Both the position numbers and the translations under genes were made by a program. 64,000 bases of DNA from an uncultured Methanosarcinales archaeon (GTDB taxonomy: Archaea > Nanobdellota > Nanobdellia > Woesearchaeales > ARS49), in contig CAZDUA010000003.1 of the NCBI GenBank assembly GCA_964508495.1, positions 8,867 through 72,866 of the forward strand, in the 5' to 3' direction. Positions 28,125-38,000 of this stretch are shown piece by piece. Below the pieces are notes generated by a model that saw nothing but the letters and a program-made list of their open reading frames with translations, was not told the DNA's origin and did not search any database. Within the stretch, counting starts at the first letter, position 1; every line of letters starts with the position of its first letter.

Positions 28125-28808
28125 TCATTTGAACAGTTTTTCTAGTATGTCTATCGTGTATAAAAAGATGGCCTCGGTTTGTTTTTTTGATGGTGAGAAT
28201 GATTCTTTTTTTGTGTGCACGCTGAACACTCGTATTTGGTTTATCAAATGGATCTGGTTCGGCAGTCCGGGGTCTAATTTTACTCCGTGTTCTGACAATT
28301 TCGCTATTAGCGTTCCCAATCCTGTTCCTGGCGCTTTCTCTAGTAAATCATTTCCTGTTGCTTCGTAATATTTTCTGTGCAGGGCCGTTTCCATTACTCT
28401 TCCGCATAGTACTACTGAGCTTCTGTAGCATGCTGCATTGATGCATCTTTGTATTTCTTGTAAGTCTGCTGTTACGTCTTCTCTTATTTCGCTTGGCAGT
28501 TTGGGCGCTTTGAACTTTTTGTTCTCTGTGCTGTCATCTGCCGCTAAATCTGTTAGTTTATCCAGAATTTTTTTCATTTCTTCTGTTTTGGCTGTAGAAA
28601 GTTTTTGCGCAAGAGAGTGTAATTCCGGATTGTTCTTCGTTTCTCGCAGTAGCCTGTCTATTGCTCCTTTTAGTAATAGTTTGTTTCCTTCTTGTTTTTG
28701 TTTTTTAAAATCAGTAATTCCGCCCTTTCTATTTTCTGGCGTTGCTTTCAGTGCTTGTTGTATGTCTACAAGAATTTCGTGTAGTGTCATGTGTATTATT
28801 GAGTGCAT
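28125..28808 (-). CDS. HEPN/DUF4145-like domain protein
   Basis: C-terminal CGRVMETALHRKYY…IRVFSVHTKKE with Rx4H HEPN-type motif; coiled-coil N-terminus. Confidence 0.35.
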   Translation of the reverse strand: MHSIIHMTLHEILVDIQQALKATPENRKGGITDFKKQKQEGNKLLLKGAIDRLLRETKNNPELHSLAQKLSTAKTEEMKKILDKLTDLAADDSTENKKFKAPKLPSEIREDVTADLQEIQRCINAACYRSSVVLCGRVMETALHRKYYEATGNDLLEKAPGTGLGTLIAKLSEHGVKLDPGLPNQIHLINQIRVFSVHTKKESFSPSKKQTEAIFLYTIDILEKLFK

Positions 28809-28844
28809 AAAGATTTATATAGTTATTGTTGTCCAATTTTAGTT

Positions 28845-29474
28845 ATGAAAAAGCTATTGGCTTTATTGTTATTAATTCTTGTTGCTTGTGTTGCTACTCC
28901 GCCTGCTTCGGATAAGGTAACTACGCCTGCAGTGCAGACTGAGGCTCAGGTTAATACTCAAGAGCAAGTTACGTCTCCTGCTAAAAATAATATTGAAGCG
29001 CCTGCTATGGAAGAAGAGGAAGTTACTGGCACGCCTGTTGAGCCTACTGGTTGGGAGCATGACCCGTATTCTCAGCTTGGTTGTGAGTTGTTGTTGGAAG
29101 AATCTGAGTTTGCCAAGGAGTGCAGTCAGGAAGTTACTAACTTGGTTGTTACGTATAAGATTGGCACTAAGAATTGTTTTGTGAACGTTAAGGACAGGTT
29201 GAATGAGCGTTTGACTGCCGGTGTTACTGTGACTGGTTACGATGATGCTGAGACTGCTGAGAAGGAGTTTGACAGGCGTCTTATTGTTTTGAAGGTTGGC
29301 GCTGATAAGAGTATTGGCGAGCGTGCGTACGAGATGCCTAACCCTGCTGTTGATCGTGTTGAGTCTTATTTCTTGCGTAATGAGTTTATTGTTAAGATTG
29401 GCACTGATACTAGGTTGTGTTCTCAGGATGGAATGTTGGCTGTTGGCAGAATTGTTGACAGTCGCCTTAATTAA
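28845..29474 (+). CDS. Secreted lipoprotein-like protein of unknown function
   Basis: MKKLLALLLLILVACVATPP signal peptide with lipobox-like LVAC; TATA 24 nt upstream. Confidence 0.5.
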   Translation: MKKLLALLLLILVACVATPPASDKVTTPAVQTEAQVNTQEQVTSPAKNNIEAPAMEEEEVTGTPVEPTGWEHDPYSQLGCELLLEESEFAKECSQEVTNLVVTYKIGTKNCFVNVKDRLNERLTAGVTVTGYDDAETAEKEFDRRLIVLKVGADKSIGERAYEMPNPAVDRVESYFLRNEFIVKIGTDTRLCSQDGMLAVGRIVDSRLN

Positions 29475-30633
29475 AAGCGCCTAATACTTGTTGTTTTTCT
29501 TTCAATAATCTGCTTTTTCCAAGAATTGGTTCTATGTCAACGCCGAATTTTTTCTTCGCTAATTGTTTTGCGTAAGTCATCATTAGTTCTTTGCTTCCAA
29601 AGCTTATTGGTTTGTTTGCTAGTGCTTTTCTTGTTGTTTCTCTTGTCACCCAGACTCCTAATGGCAGCACGTATTCGTCTGTGATAAACCTTAAAGCCAG
29701 CACTCCATTTTGTCTTTTATTGTTCATCAAGTGCTCGGCAATTGCCATTCTCACGGTGTAATATCCTCCTGCGCATTGTTCTGCGTAATTCTTTCTTCCT
29801 TCAAACTCTTCGTAATCCGTGCTGTATTCCAGCACTCCTGGTTGTACGTACATTTCGAATAATTCGTAGCTCCATCTTTGTGGAAAGAATAATAGCAAAT
29901 AGTAATTTCCTAGATAGCTGCCAAATTGTGCGGAATAATCGCCTATTTGTTGTTCTCTCACTTTTTCCAGGAAATTATTGCCTAAAATATCATCTGTTGC
30001 TGTAATAGACCATCGTGTTGGTACTAGTTTTCTTTGTTTCCCGAAGATTCCTACGGAGAGCATTCTGCTTAGCGCGTTCTCATCTACGTTTCCGTATAGT
30101 TCTGTTACTGCTTCTGTTGCTAATGCGTCTGTATCATCATAGAACTTCTGTACTTTTGTCGGTATTTTTGGATTGCTTGCTAGTTGTAATTTTTTTAGTT
30201 TTGCTTGTGGTCCCATTGGCGCTACCCATCTGTCTGTTTGGATGTTCAGGCTTGGTTTTTTCTCCAGTTCTACATCAATATCTACTGGCTTGTTTGCCAT
30301 GGCAACATCTTGTGCTATCTCTACCAATTTATCAGGAGCTTTCACGTTGCTGGTAAACCTGCTGTTTACCATGCTTGCTCTGAATGCAGCAACGTCTGCT
30401 ATTGTCATGTTTTGTTGTGCCCAGTGTCTTGGCGCGTCGTACTGCCATGCGTTGTCGTCGTGTTTTTGTGGTGCTAGAATTCCAACATTGACGTATGGGT
30501 ATCCAAACCGTCCAACGAATGGTGCTGGTGCTGTTCCTGTGAATACTTGTTGTGATGTTAGTGGTCTTGCTTTTATCAGGGCGTAATTGAGAATTCGTTC
30601 TTTTTCCTTGTAGCTGACCCCCTTTATGTGCAT
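29467..30633 (-). CDS. Conserved archaeal protein, possibly Nre-family (DNA-repair-associated), with C-terminal PIP-box-like motif
   Basis: 388 aa; C-terminal KQQVLGAFN resembles a PCNA-interacting QxxLxxF motif; adjacent to a DHH phosphoesterase. Confidence 0.3.
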   Translation of the reverse strand: MHIKGVSYKEKERILNYALIKARPLTSQQVFTGTAPAPFVGRFGYPYVNVGILAPQKHDDNAWQYDAPRHWAQQNMTIADVAAFRASMVNSRFTSNVKAPDKLVEIAQDVAMANKPVDIDVELEKKPSLNIQTDRWVAPMGPQAKLKKLQLASNPKIPTKVQKFYDDTDALATEAVTELYGNVDENALSRMLSVGIFGKQRKLVPTRWSITATDDILGNNFLEKVREQQIGDYSAQFGSYLGNYYLLLFFPQRWSYELFEMYVQPGVLEYSTDYEEFEGRKNYAEQCAGGYYTVRMAIAEHLMNNKRQNGVLALRFITDEYVLPLGVWVTRETTRKALANKPISFGSKELMMTYAKQLAKKKFGVDIEPILGKSRLLKEKQQVLGAFN

Positions 30634-30659
30634 TTATTGTAGAAATACGCTGAATTATT

Positions 30660-30809
30660 TTAATGTATTTGTATTACTTGTTCGCCATGGAAGTGGGGCT
30701 CGTCTTCTGGTGTTTTTTTGAATTGTGAGCAGGCTTTCTTTTTTTCCCAGTAGAACCAGCATTTGTTGCCGAATACTTTGTAGCTTTCACAGTTTTCGCA
30801 GATACTCAT
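30660..30809 (-). CDS. Small zinc-ribbon protein (49 aa)
   Basis: MSICENCESYKVFGNKCWFYWEKKKACSQF… (CxxC…C…C); immediately upstream of the Nre-like gene; not in ORF track because under 60 aa. Confidence 0.4.
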   Translation of the reverse strand: MSICENCESYKVFGNKCWFYWEKKKACSQFKKTPEDEPHFHGEQVIQIH

Positions 30810-30885
30810 GCGTTTTGCTTTTGTAATTCTTATTTAAATAGCTTTCTCCCATATATTTTTAAACAGTTCGCTGTCTTTTCCTTGT

Positions 30886-31926
30886 ATGCTTACTGCGAGT
30901 GAGGTTGCGAAGGTTAAGGATGAATTGACTAGTTGTCAGCGTCCTTTGTTTATTTTTCACGACGATCCTGATGGCCTTGCGAGCTTTTTGCTTTGTTACA
31001 GGTTTGTGAAAGAAGGCAGGGGCATTCCTGTTAAAGCGTATCCTAGAATTACTGTTGAGCCTTATGCGCGTAAGGTTGAAGAGCTTGGCGCTGACAAAGT
31101 TTTTGTTTTGGACGTTGCCATGGTTGACCAGGAGTTTATTGACGCAGTCAATGTCCCCGTAATCTGGGTTGACCATCATGCTGTTCTTGAAAGGGACCGC
31201 GTGCAATACTTTAATCCGCAAAAGCGTGGCGTTAACATTCCTACTCCTGCATTAATCTGGCAAGTCACAGGCGAGGAGCGTCCTCAGGACTTGTGGATTG
31301 CTGTTGTTGGTAGTATTGGTGACTGGTATTTTCCTGATTTTGCGCCTGAATTCCAGCAGGCTTATGGTGAATTGTTGCCCGCAACTTGTTCAACTGTGCA
31401 GGAAGCTTTGTTTAACACGACTGTTGGAACTTTGGTAAAAGTTTTTTCTTTTAACTTGAAGGGCCCTATGGATGAAGTCAACAAAGCTGTTAAAATTCTG
31501 ACAAGAATCGAGGACCCTTACGAAATTTTGGAACAGCGCACGCCTCAAGGTAAATTTTTGTGGAAGAAGTACGAGCTTGTTAACAAGGAGTATGAACGTA
31601 TGTTGTCTTCCGCGCTCGAGCATGATACTAAAGAGCCTATTTTTGTTTATACTTATCAGGATGACAAGCTTAGTTTGACTAAGGACTTGTCTAATGAGCT
31701 TTTGTACAAGTTGAATAAAGTGGTAATTGTTGGCCGTGAGAAGTCTGGTGAGATGCGTTGTTCTTTGCGCGCTCCTGGCCAGACGAAGCTTGCCACTGCC
31801 TTGGCAAAAGCATTGATTGGCATCGAGGGTTATGGCGGCGGTCACGAGCAAGCCTGCGGTGCAGGAATCAAGAAGGAAGATTTCAAGCGTTTTCTTGAGA
31901 ATTTGAGGAAGGAATTGAAGCTTTGA
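30886..31926 (+). CDS. DHH/DHHA1 phosphoesterase (NrnA/RecJ-like nuclease)
   Basis: DHH motifs IFHDDPDG, VDHH; DHHA1 GYGGGHEQACGAG; 346 aa. Confidence 0.65.
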   Translation: MLTASEVAKVKDELTSCQRPLFIFHDDPDGLASFLLCYRFVKEGRGIPVKAYPRITVEPYARKVEELGADKVFVLDVAMVDQEFIDAVNVPVIWVDHHAVLERDRVQYFNPQKRGVNIPTPALIWQVTGEERPQDLWIAVVGSIGDWYFPDFAPEFQQAYGELLPATCSTVQEALFNTTVGTLVKVFSFNLKGPMDEVNKAVKILTRIEDPYEILEQRTPQGKFLWKKYELVNKEYERMLSSALEHDTKEPIFVYTYQDDKLSLTKDLSNELLYKLNKVVIVGREKSGEMRCSLRAPGQTKLATALAKALIGIEGYGGGHEQACGAGIKKEDFKRFLENLRKELKL

Positions 31927-33079
31927 GTTGTGCTTTCATTTCTTTTGCTGCGCGGGCGTAGCCGCCGTCTGCTCCGTCGACAAAATGCACTTGTTTTCCG
32001 TAGCGTTCAAATACTAGGCAGGTCATGAGCGCTCTGTCTGAGACATGTATGCCGTATGCGAGTTCTCCTTTTTTGTGCGATTTTTGAAGTTCTGAAACAA
32101 GTTTTTTTCTTTGTTCGGCTGTTCCGGCCATTACGAGGCGAAGGGCGTCATCGAATTTTTTGTAATCTGTGGTCTCAATAAGTATTTTCTTGTAGAGTTT
32201 GAAGTTTAGGTCGTTTGTTGTGATATTGCTCTTCATTAATAGGGAAGAGAGAAAACAAACAATTTGCAGGTAAATTCTATATAACGTTTTTCCAAGTTTG
32301 CTTTTTTGCCACGCTTTGACTTTTACTTCGGAATCCAGTTGTTTTCCTTTAATTGTTAAGTGAAGCTGGTTTTCTGCAACTGGATGGAAGTCTTCTTCAG
32401 TGCCATAAATTTTCCGTATGTGTTCGATGGCAGTGCGGTATACAATGCTGTCTGTTTTAGGGCTTCCGGTTGTTGCTTTTATTATTAGGCTGACTGTTTC
32501 TCCATGTTGGCTGTAAATGTCCTGCCATCGGCATTCAAGGCCGTCATAGCTTGCCTTAGATGGTACGTCCATCACGAGTTCGTAATGAGCGGTTGGGTCT
32601 TTTACGAGTTTTTCTGCGTAAGACAACCCAGTTCCGGTAAACATTGCTTGATGATAGTTGGGTGAAGCGCGGAATTTGGCTATTTTTACATCAAATCCTT
32701 TTTGTGTGATTGTTTCAATTGGCACTATGCCTGCGCGCAGTTCAAGTTTGAACATTTCTTGTGCGAGTTGTTTGGTTGCCAGAAGTGCGGATTTTGTTGC
32801 TGTGAGAACTTCTTCTGGCACGATCATAGTGGCGCCGTCTCCGCCAAATACAAAGGGGATGTCAATTTTCTGGACGGCATTTAGTACGGCGATGATTGAG
32901 GATGCTCCGATTGTGTTGACGTCTTTGTATCTTCCTTCCTCGATGGCGTTAGTCGAGCCTTTTATGTCTGTGATGATTATGTGCCAGCCATTGGGTACTT
33001 GTGTGTATTTTTCAATATTTGTAATGTCCGAAAATCTGGTAATTGCGGGCAGTTTTGCGTAGAAGTCTGTATTCGGCAT
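31883..33079 (-). CDS. Nucleotide-cyclase-fold protein (DUF3095-like; class III adenylyl/guanylyl cyclase-like)
   Basis: IIITDIKGSTNAIE (cyclase-type D-I-x-G-S/F-T metal site) and FVFGGDGATMIVP; 398 aa. Confidence 0.35.
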   Translation of the reverse strand: MPNTDFYAKLPAITRFSDITNIEKYTQVPNGWHIIITDIKGSTNAIEEGRYKDVNTIGASSIIAVLNAVQKIDIPFVFGGDGATMIVPEEVLTATKSALLATKQLAQEMFKLELRAGIVPIETITQKGFDVKIAKFRASPNYHQAMFTGTGLSYAEKLVKDPTAHYELVMDVPSKASYDGLECRWQDIYSQHGETVSLIIKATTGSPKTDSIVYRTAIEHIRKIYGTEEDFHPVAENQLHLTIKGKQLDSEVKVKAWQKSKLGKTLYRIYLQIVCFLSSLLMKSNITTNDLNFKLYKKILIETTDYKKFDDALRLVMAGTAEQRKKLVSELQKSHKKGELAYGIHVSDRALMTCLVFERYGKQVHFVDGADGGYARAAKEMKAQLKASIPSSNSQENA

Positions 33080-33136
33080 AGACCTAAAAACTCATCATAA
33101 CCTTTTTATACCTTCCGAAGTAGCCGTTCGTATAAC

Positions 33137-33207
33137 GCGCCGATAGTATAACGGTAGTACATCAGCCTTCCAAGCTGATTGTCGGGGTTCGAATCCCCGT
33201 CGGCGCA
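33137..33207 (+). tRNA. tRNA-Gly (anticodon TCC)
   Basis: Acceptor GCGCCGA/TCGGCGC; anticodon arm TCAGC-CTTCCAA-GCTGA; T-arm CGGGG-TTCGAAT-CCCCG; TATA about 25 nt upstream. Confidence 0.9.
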
Positions 33208-33262
33208 TGGCTCTTATTTTTCTTAGGCAACCTTTAAAAACACGCAATATAGTTTTATTTGT

Positions 33263-33907
33263 ATGAAAGAAACAATACTCGCGATTGCAGCGCATAATGA
33301 TGATCATTTGATTGGTGCGGGTGGAGCTTTGACTAAGTACGCCAAGGAAGGCATGCGTGTCAGGACTATCATCTGTTCGTTTGGCGAGCGTAGCCATCCT
33401 CATTTGAAGAAAGAAGTTATTGTGGAAAGACGTGTGAAGGAAAGCATTAAGGCTGACAAGATCATGGGTGGCAGTGGTGTTGCTTATCTTGGTGTTAGAG
33501 AGGGTAAGTTTGATGAGGATTTCAAGGAGCGGGATATTGAGAAAAAGCTTGCTTGGATTATCAAAAAAGAAAAGCCTGCTAAGATTTTTGTTCATGGCTT
33601 GGATGATTTTCATCCTGATCATAGGGCGGTTTACAGGCTTGTTAAGCGTTTGATGGATAATGGCGCCATTACTTGCCCGGTCTACTCGTTCGAGGTCTGG
33701 TCTTTTTTGAAGTTTAGAAACCGCAACCTGCCCAGACTGGTTGTTAACATCAGTGATACTTTTAACACGAAAATAAAGGCTTTTTTAGTTCATGAGAGCC
33801 AGACTTTGGCCATTTGGTCTTTGTTGTGGAAGTTGATTGTTAAGGATTGGTTGTCTGGTGTTTTGCATGGTTATAAGTATGCTGAGGTGTTTTACAAACT
33901 AAAATGA
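33263..33907 (+). CDS. PIG-L/LmbE-family N-acetylglucosaminyl deacetylase
   Basis: ILAIAAHNDDHLIGAGG (AHxDD motif), HPDH. Confidence 0.7.
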   Translation: MKETILAIAAHNDDHLIGAGGALTKYAKEGMRVRTIICSFGERSHPHLKKEVIVERRVKESIKADKIMGGSGVAYLGVREGKFDEDFKERDIEKKLAWIIKKEKPAKIFVHGLDDFHPDHRAVYRLVKRLMDNGAITCPVYSFEVWSFLKFRNRNLPRLVVNISDTFNTKIKAFLVHESQTLAIWSLLWKLIVKDWLSGVLHGYKYAEVFYKLK

Positions 33908-35016
33908 AATTAGTTGTAACAACTGATTGTTTTCTTCCGCGCTGGGATGGTATTGCGAGATTTCTCTCTCTTTTACTGCCGGATCTTGCTAAGGATATGC
34001 AGATTACTGTTTTTGCTCCTAAGTTTGCTGGTAAGATTCCTTTAATTAAAGGCGTTAGGGTTGTTCGTTTTCCTTTGTTGAACATTCAGTTTGGCGACAT
34101 TTTTTTCTCAAAGCCTGATAAGGCAGTTATGGAAAAAGCGATAAGGGAGGCTGATGTTGTCTTTAACCAAACCATTGGTCCTATCGGACAAGCAGGCATT
34201 AAAATAGCCAACAAGCTCAACAAGCCAGTTATTAGTTATATTCATAGTATTGAGTGGGAGCTTGCAAGAAAGGCTATGAAGCGTTTTAAGGGTTTTGTGG
34301 CTTGGTCTGTTAAGATTCTTGCTCGTCGTTTGTATAACAAGTGTTCTTTGTTGATTGTTCCTTCTAGCGAGGTTGCTGATTTGCTCTCGGGTATTAAGGT
34401 TAAAACAAAGAAAGAGCTTGTTCATTTGGGTGTTGATACTTCTCGTTTTGCTCCGCCTAAATCTAAATCTGATGCAAAACATATAGCAAAAATTCCTATT
34501 GGCATGCGCGTCATCGGCTTTTGTGGCAGGATTGCTCGTGAGAAGGACATTCCTACTTTGTATAAGGCTTTTCAGAAGATTCATGCTAAGTATCGTAACA
34601 CTTTGTTGTTAATTGTTGGTGAAGGTTTAGAACAGGAAGTTCCTTCTTCTAGGAGTGTTATCAGGGTGGGCAGGCAGGATAATGTTGTTCGTTTCTTGCA
34701 GGCCATGGACGTTTTTGTTCTTCCTAGTTTGACAGAAACTTCATCTTTGGCCACTATGGAAGCAATGTCAACCGGCCTTCCGGTTGTCGTAACGCCGGTA
34801 GGTAATATTCGTGAGTATATTGTGGACGGTAAAAATGGTTTGTTCTTTGCTCGTCAGGATGTTAATGAGTTGTCTGATAAGATTGTTTATTTGTTGAAGC
34901 ATCCTAAGAAGCGTAAAGAGCTTGGAAGAAATGCGCGGCAAACCATTATGAAGCATTATTCTTGGCAGGTTTGTGCTGATAAGATTAGAAAAATTTTGTC
35001 TACATTTTCAGGCTGA
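33904..35016 (+). CDS. Glycosyltransferase family 4 (GT-B, glycosyl transferase group 1)
   Basis: …LPSLTETSSLATMEAMSTGLPVVVT…GKNGLFF signature; ATGA overlap with the PIG-L gene. Confidence 0.8.
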   Translation: MKLVVTTDCFLPRWDGIARFLSLLLPDLAKDMQITVFAPKFAGKIPLIKGVRVVRFPLLNIQFGDIFFSKPDKAVMEKAIREADVVFNQTIGPIGQAGIKIANKLNKPVISYIHSIEWELARKAMKRFKGFVAWSVKILARRLYNKCSLLIVPSSEVADLLSGIKVKTKKELVHLGVDTSRFAPPKSKSDAKHIAKIPIGMRVIGFCGRIAREKDIPTLYKAFQKIHAKYRNTLLLIVGEGLEQEVPSSRSVIRVGRQDNVVRFLQAMDVFVLPSLTETSSLATMEAMSTGLPVVVTPVGNIREYIVDGKNGLFFARQDVNELSDKIVYLLKHPKKRKELGRNARQTIMKHYSWQVCADKIRKILSTFSG

Positions 35017-38000
35017 CTACGTTGCTCAGTCCTGCTTCTTGGTTCATGCTTACTCCGTACAAAATATCTCCTTCGGAAATTATGGCGTCGTTGTGTGAAA
35101 TGACTATGTATTGTGCTTTTCCGCAGTAGCTTCTTATCAGTTTAGCCAGCTTTTCGCTGTTGTGCTTATCTAGCGCAGCGTCTACTTCATCCAATACGTA
35201 GAATGTTGCGGGCTCGTGTTCTTGTACTGCGAAAAGGAATGCCAGTCCCGTCATTGTTTTTTCTCCGCCTGACAAGCTTCTGATATCGATGAACTTGTTT
35301 CCGCTGATTCTGACGTTAAACCTTAGTCCGCCTGCGAATGGGTCTTCTTTGTTCTCTAATTCCAAATAAGCTTCGCCCTTTGTGGTCAACTGTCCGAATA
35401 TTCTTCTGAATTGTCCGTCTACTACTGTTAGTGTTCTTGTAAATAGGCCTTTTTTGCTTGCTTCTATCTCGTTCATCATTGTTACAACGTCATCTTTTTC
35501 TCTCAATAGCACGTTCTTTTTGCCTAATAGAATTCCGTATTCTTTCTCAACTGTATCGTAAATTTCTAGTGCTCGTAAGTTGACATTTCCAATATTGGTC
35601 ATCATTTTCTCAAAGTCATTAATCTCTTTCCTCAGTTGTTCTTCTGGTTTTCCCATGTCAAGCTCAACGCCAGAGTATTGTTCAAACTCAGCGGTTAGTC
35701 CTGCTGTTTCTGCTTTGATTCTCGCTTCTTCGATTGAGAGCGTATTCATTGAGAGTTCTTCTTTTCTTGCGTTTTCTTCTATGCCTAGAATCTTTGTTTC
35801 TTTCTGGCTGGTTTCGTCTCTTAATTTGTTGCTTTTCTCAAACAGGCCTTTGAATTGGCTTTGGAATTGTTGTTGTTCTTTTTCTTTCTTGCCAAGCCCG
35901 GTTTCCTGATCCTGCACTATCTTTTCTATGTCGCTTATTTCTTTGCCGAATGCTTCTTCTTCTTTTTCCATGTCTTTGAGTAGTTTGCTCGTGTTTTCTT
36001 GGTCTCTGCCGTAAACGTCGCTCAATTGTATGGTGTTGTTTTTTTGTTCTGTCTCTAGTCTTACTCTTTCTTGTCCCAATTGTTTTCTTTTCTCTTCAAA
36101 CGCATTCAATTCTGCGAGAACTATTGGATTGCGTAGTTCTGTTATCTTGTTTCTTATTGTTTGCTTCTCTATTTTCAAATCCGTGAGTGATTTTGTCTCT
36201 ACTGCGATATTTTCTTCTAAACTTTCCAAATCTTTGCTGATTTGTTTGATTGTTTTGGTGAGTTCTTCTTTGTAGTTTTTTGTTGATTCTAAGTCGCCCG
36301 TATCTAGGTGTAAACTTTTCTCTTGTTTGATTATGTCTCCTTCTAAGTTCGCCTTAAGCTCTCGTAATGTTGTTATTTTTTCATCATTTTCTTTTCTTCC
36401 GTTCTCGAGTGAGCTTAAACTGCCTTCTAGTTCTGCTATTTTGTTTCTCATGTCTTCTAGTTTGCCTGTGAGTTCTTTTTCTTTGAAGCTTCCGGTTTTC
36501 TTGTGCCTAAATCCGCCTGTCATTGCTCCGGAAGTCTCACATAAGTCTCCATCTAAAGTCACCATTCTCGCGCTTCCTATGCCTATTTTTCGCGCAGTCT
36601 CTATTTTGTCGATGACAAGCGTGTTTCCGAATACGTGTGAGAATACGTTTTTGAATTTCAGATCAAATTCTAATAAATCTATTGCGAATCCGTACACTCC
36701 TTCCATTTTTGCTAGTTTTTTGATTTCGTCTTTTGCTGGCGCTGGTTTTATTTTGTTTAGTGGAAGGAACGTTGCTGTTCCTAGTCTTTCTTGTTTCAAA
36801 TACTTAATTGCGCTTGCTGCTGTTTTATCGTCTTCTACTACTATGCTGTGTATTCTCTGTGCTGCTGCTATCTCGAGAGCAAGAGAATATTTGCTGTCTG
36901 AGCTTCCAAGCTCGCTTACTGTGCCGTAAATTTCTCCTAATTTCTGTCTGTTCTCTAGGACTTTCTTCACGGCAATATTCTGCGCTATGCTTTCTTGTAC
37001 TGATGCTTGTTTGATGCTTAGTTTGTTCTCATCTTCTCGTGAAGCGTGTAACTCTGCTCTTCCTTTTGCGAGTGTGTTCGCATCTTTGCTGTCTTGGTTG
37101 AGAAGGTCGTTTAATTCCAATGCTAGTTTCTTGAATTGTTCTTTTCTTTTCTTCAATAAGTCCAATTCTTCGGTGTGAGCGTCAGTTAGTTCTTTGACTT
37201 TCGCTATTTTTTCGTCCATTGTTGTTATGTGGTATTCTGCTTTGTCTTTTTCTCGGACGAGTGCTTGTTTTTTCTCTGTTAGTATTTGTGTTTCTTTTTG
37301 TTTTTCTTCTGCTTTTTTATCCAATTGCTCGAACTGTTTGTCTATGTCTGCTTCGTCTGATAAATCGTGTTTTTGTTTGAATGTTTTTATTTTGGAATCA
37401 ATTTCAGAAACAGTTTTAGTGATTGCTTCTAGTTGTGCGTGTGTGCTTGCTTTTTGTTCTGTTATTTCTTTTATCTTGCTGTCAATTTCTTCTAGGTTTT
37501 TTTGCAGTTGTTCTTTTCTTTGTGCGATTCTTTCTAGTTCTGTTTTGCACGTGCTTGCTCTTTGTTTGTGTGTTGCAACTTGAATTCGTAAGTGTTCGAC
37601 TTCTTTTTGAATCTTGATTTGCTCAATTTCTCCTTTTCTTTCTATTTCTGCTGCTATGTCTTGTATTGTTTGTTTGTGCTTGGCTATTTCTTCGCGTAGT
37701 AATTTTGTTTGTTCTTGATGCTTGGAAAACTTTTCTTTGTGACCAGAACTTTTTGTCTCGAGTTTCTTTAACTCTTCGTCTTTTCTGTTCAATTGTCTTT
37801 TTAGGTTGCTTGCTTTGTTCTGCTTTATTTTATCGTTCAATTCTTTGTATTTGAGTGCTTGGTCTCTGTCTTTTTTGAGGTCTTTGAGATACGTTTCTCT
37901 TTCTTTGAGTATTATCTCCGCTTCATTCAGTTTCTCCCCAACTTTCTGCAGTTCATTTAGCGCTTGGTGTTTTTTCTCTTCGTATACGCCTATTCCTGCT

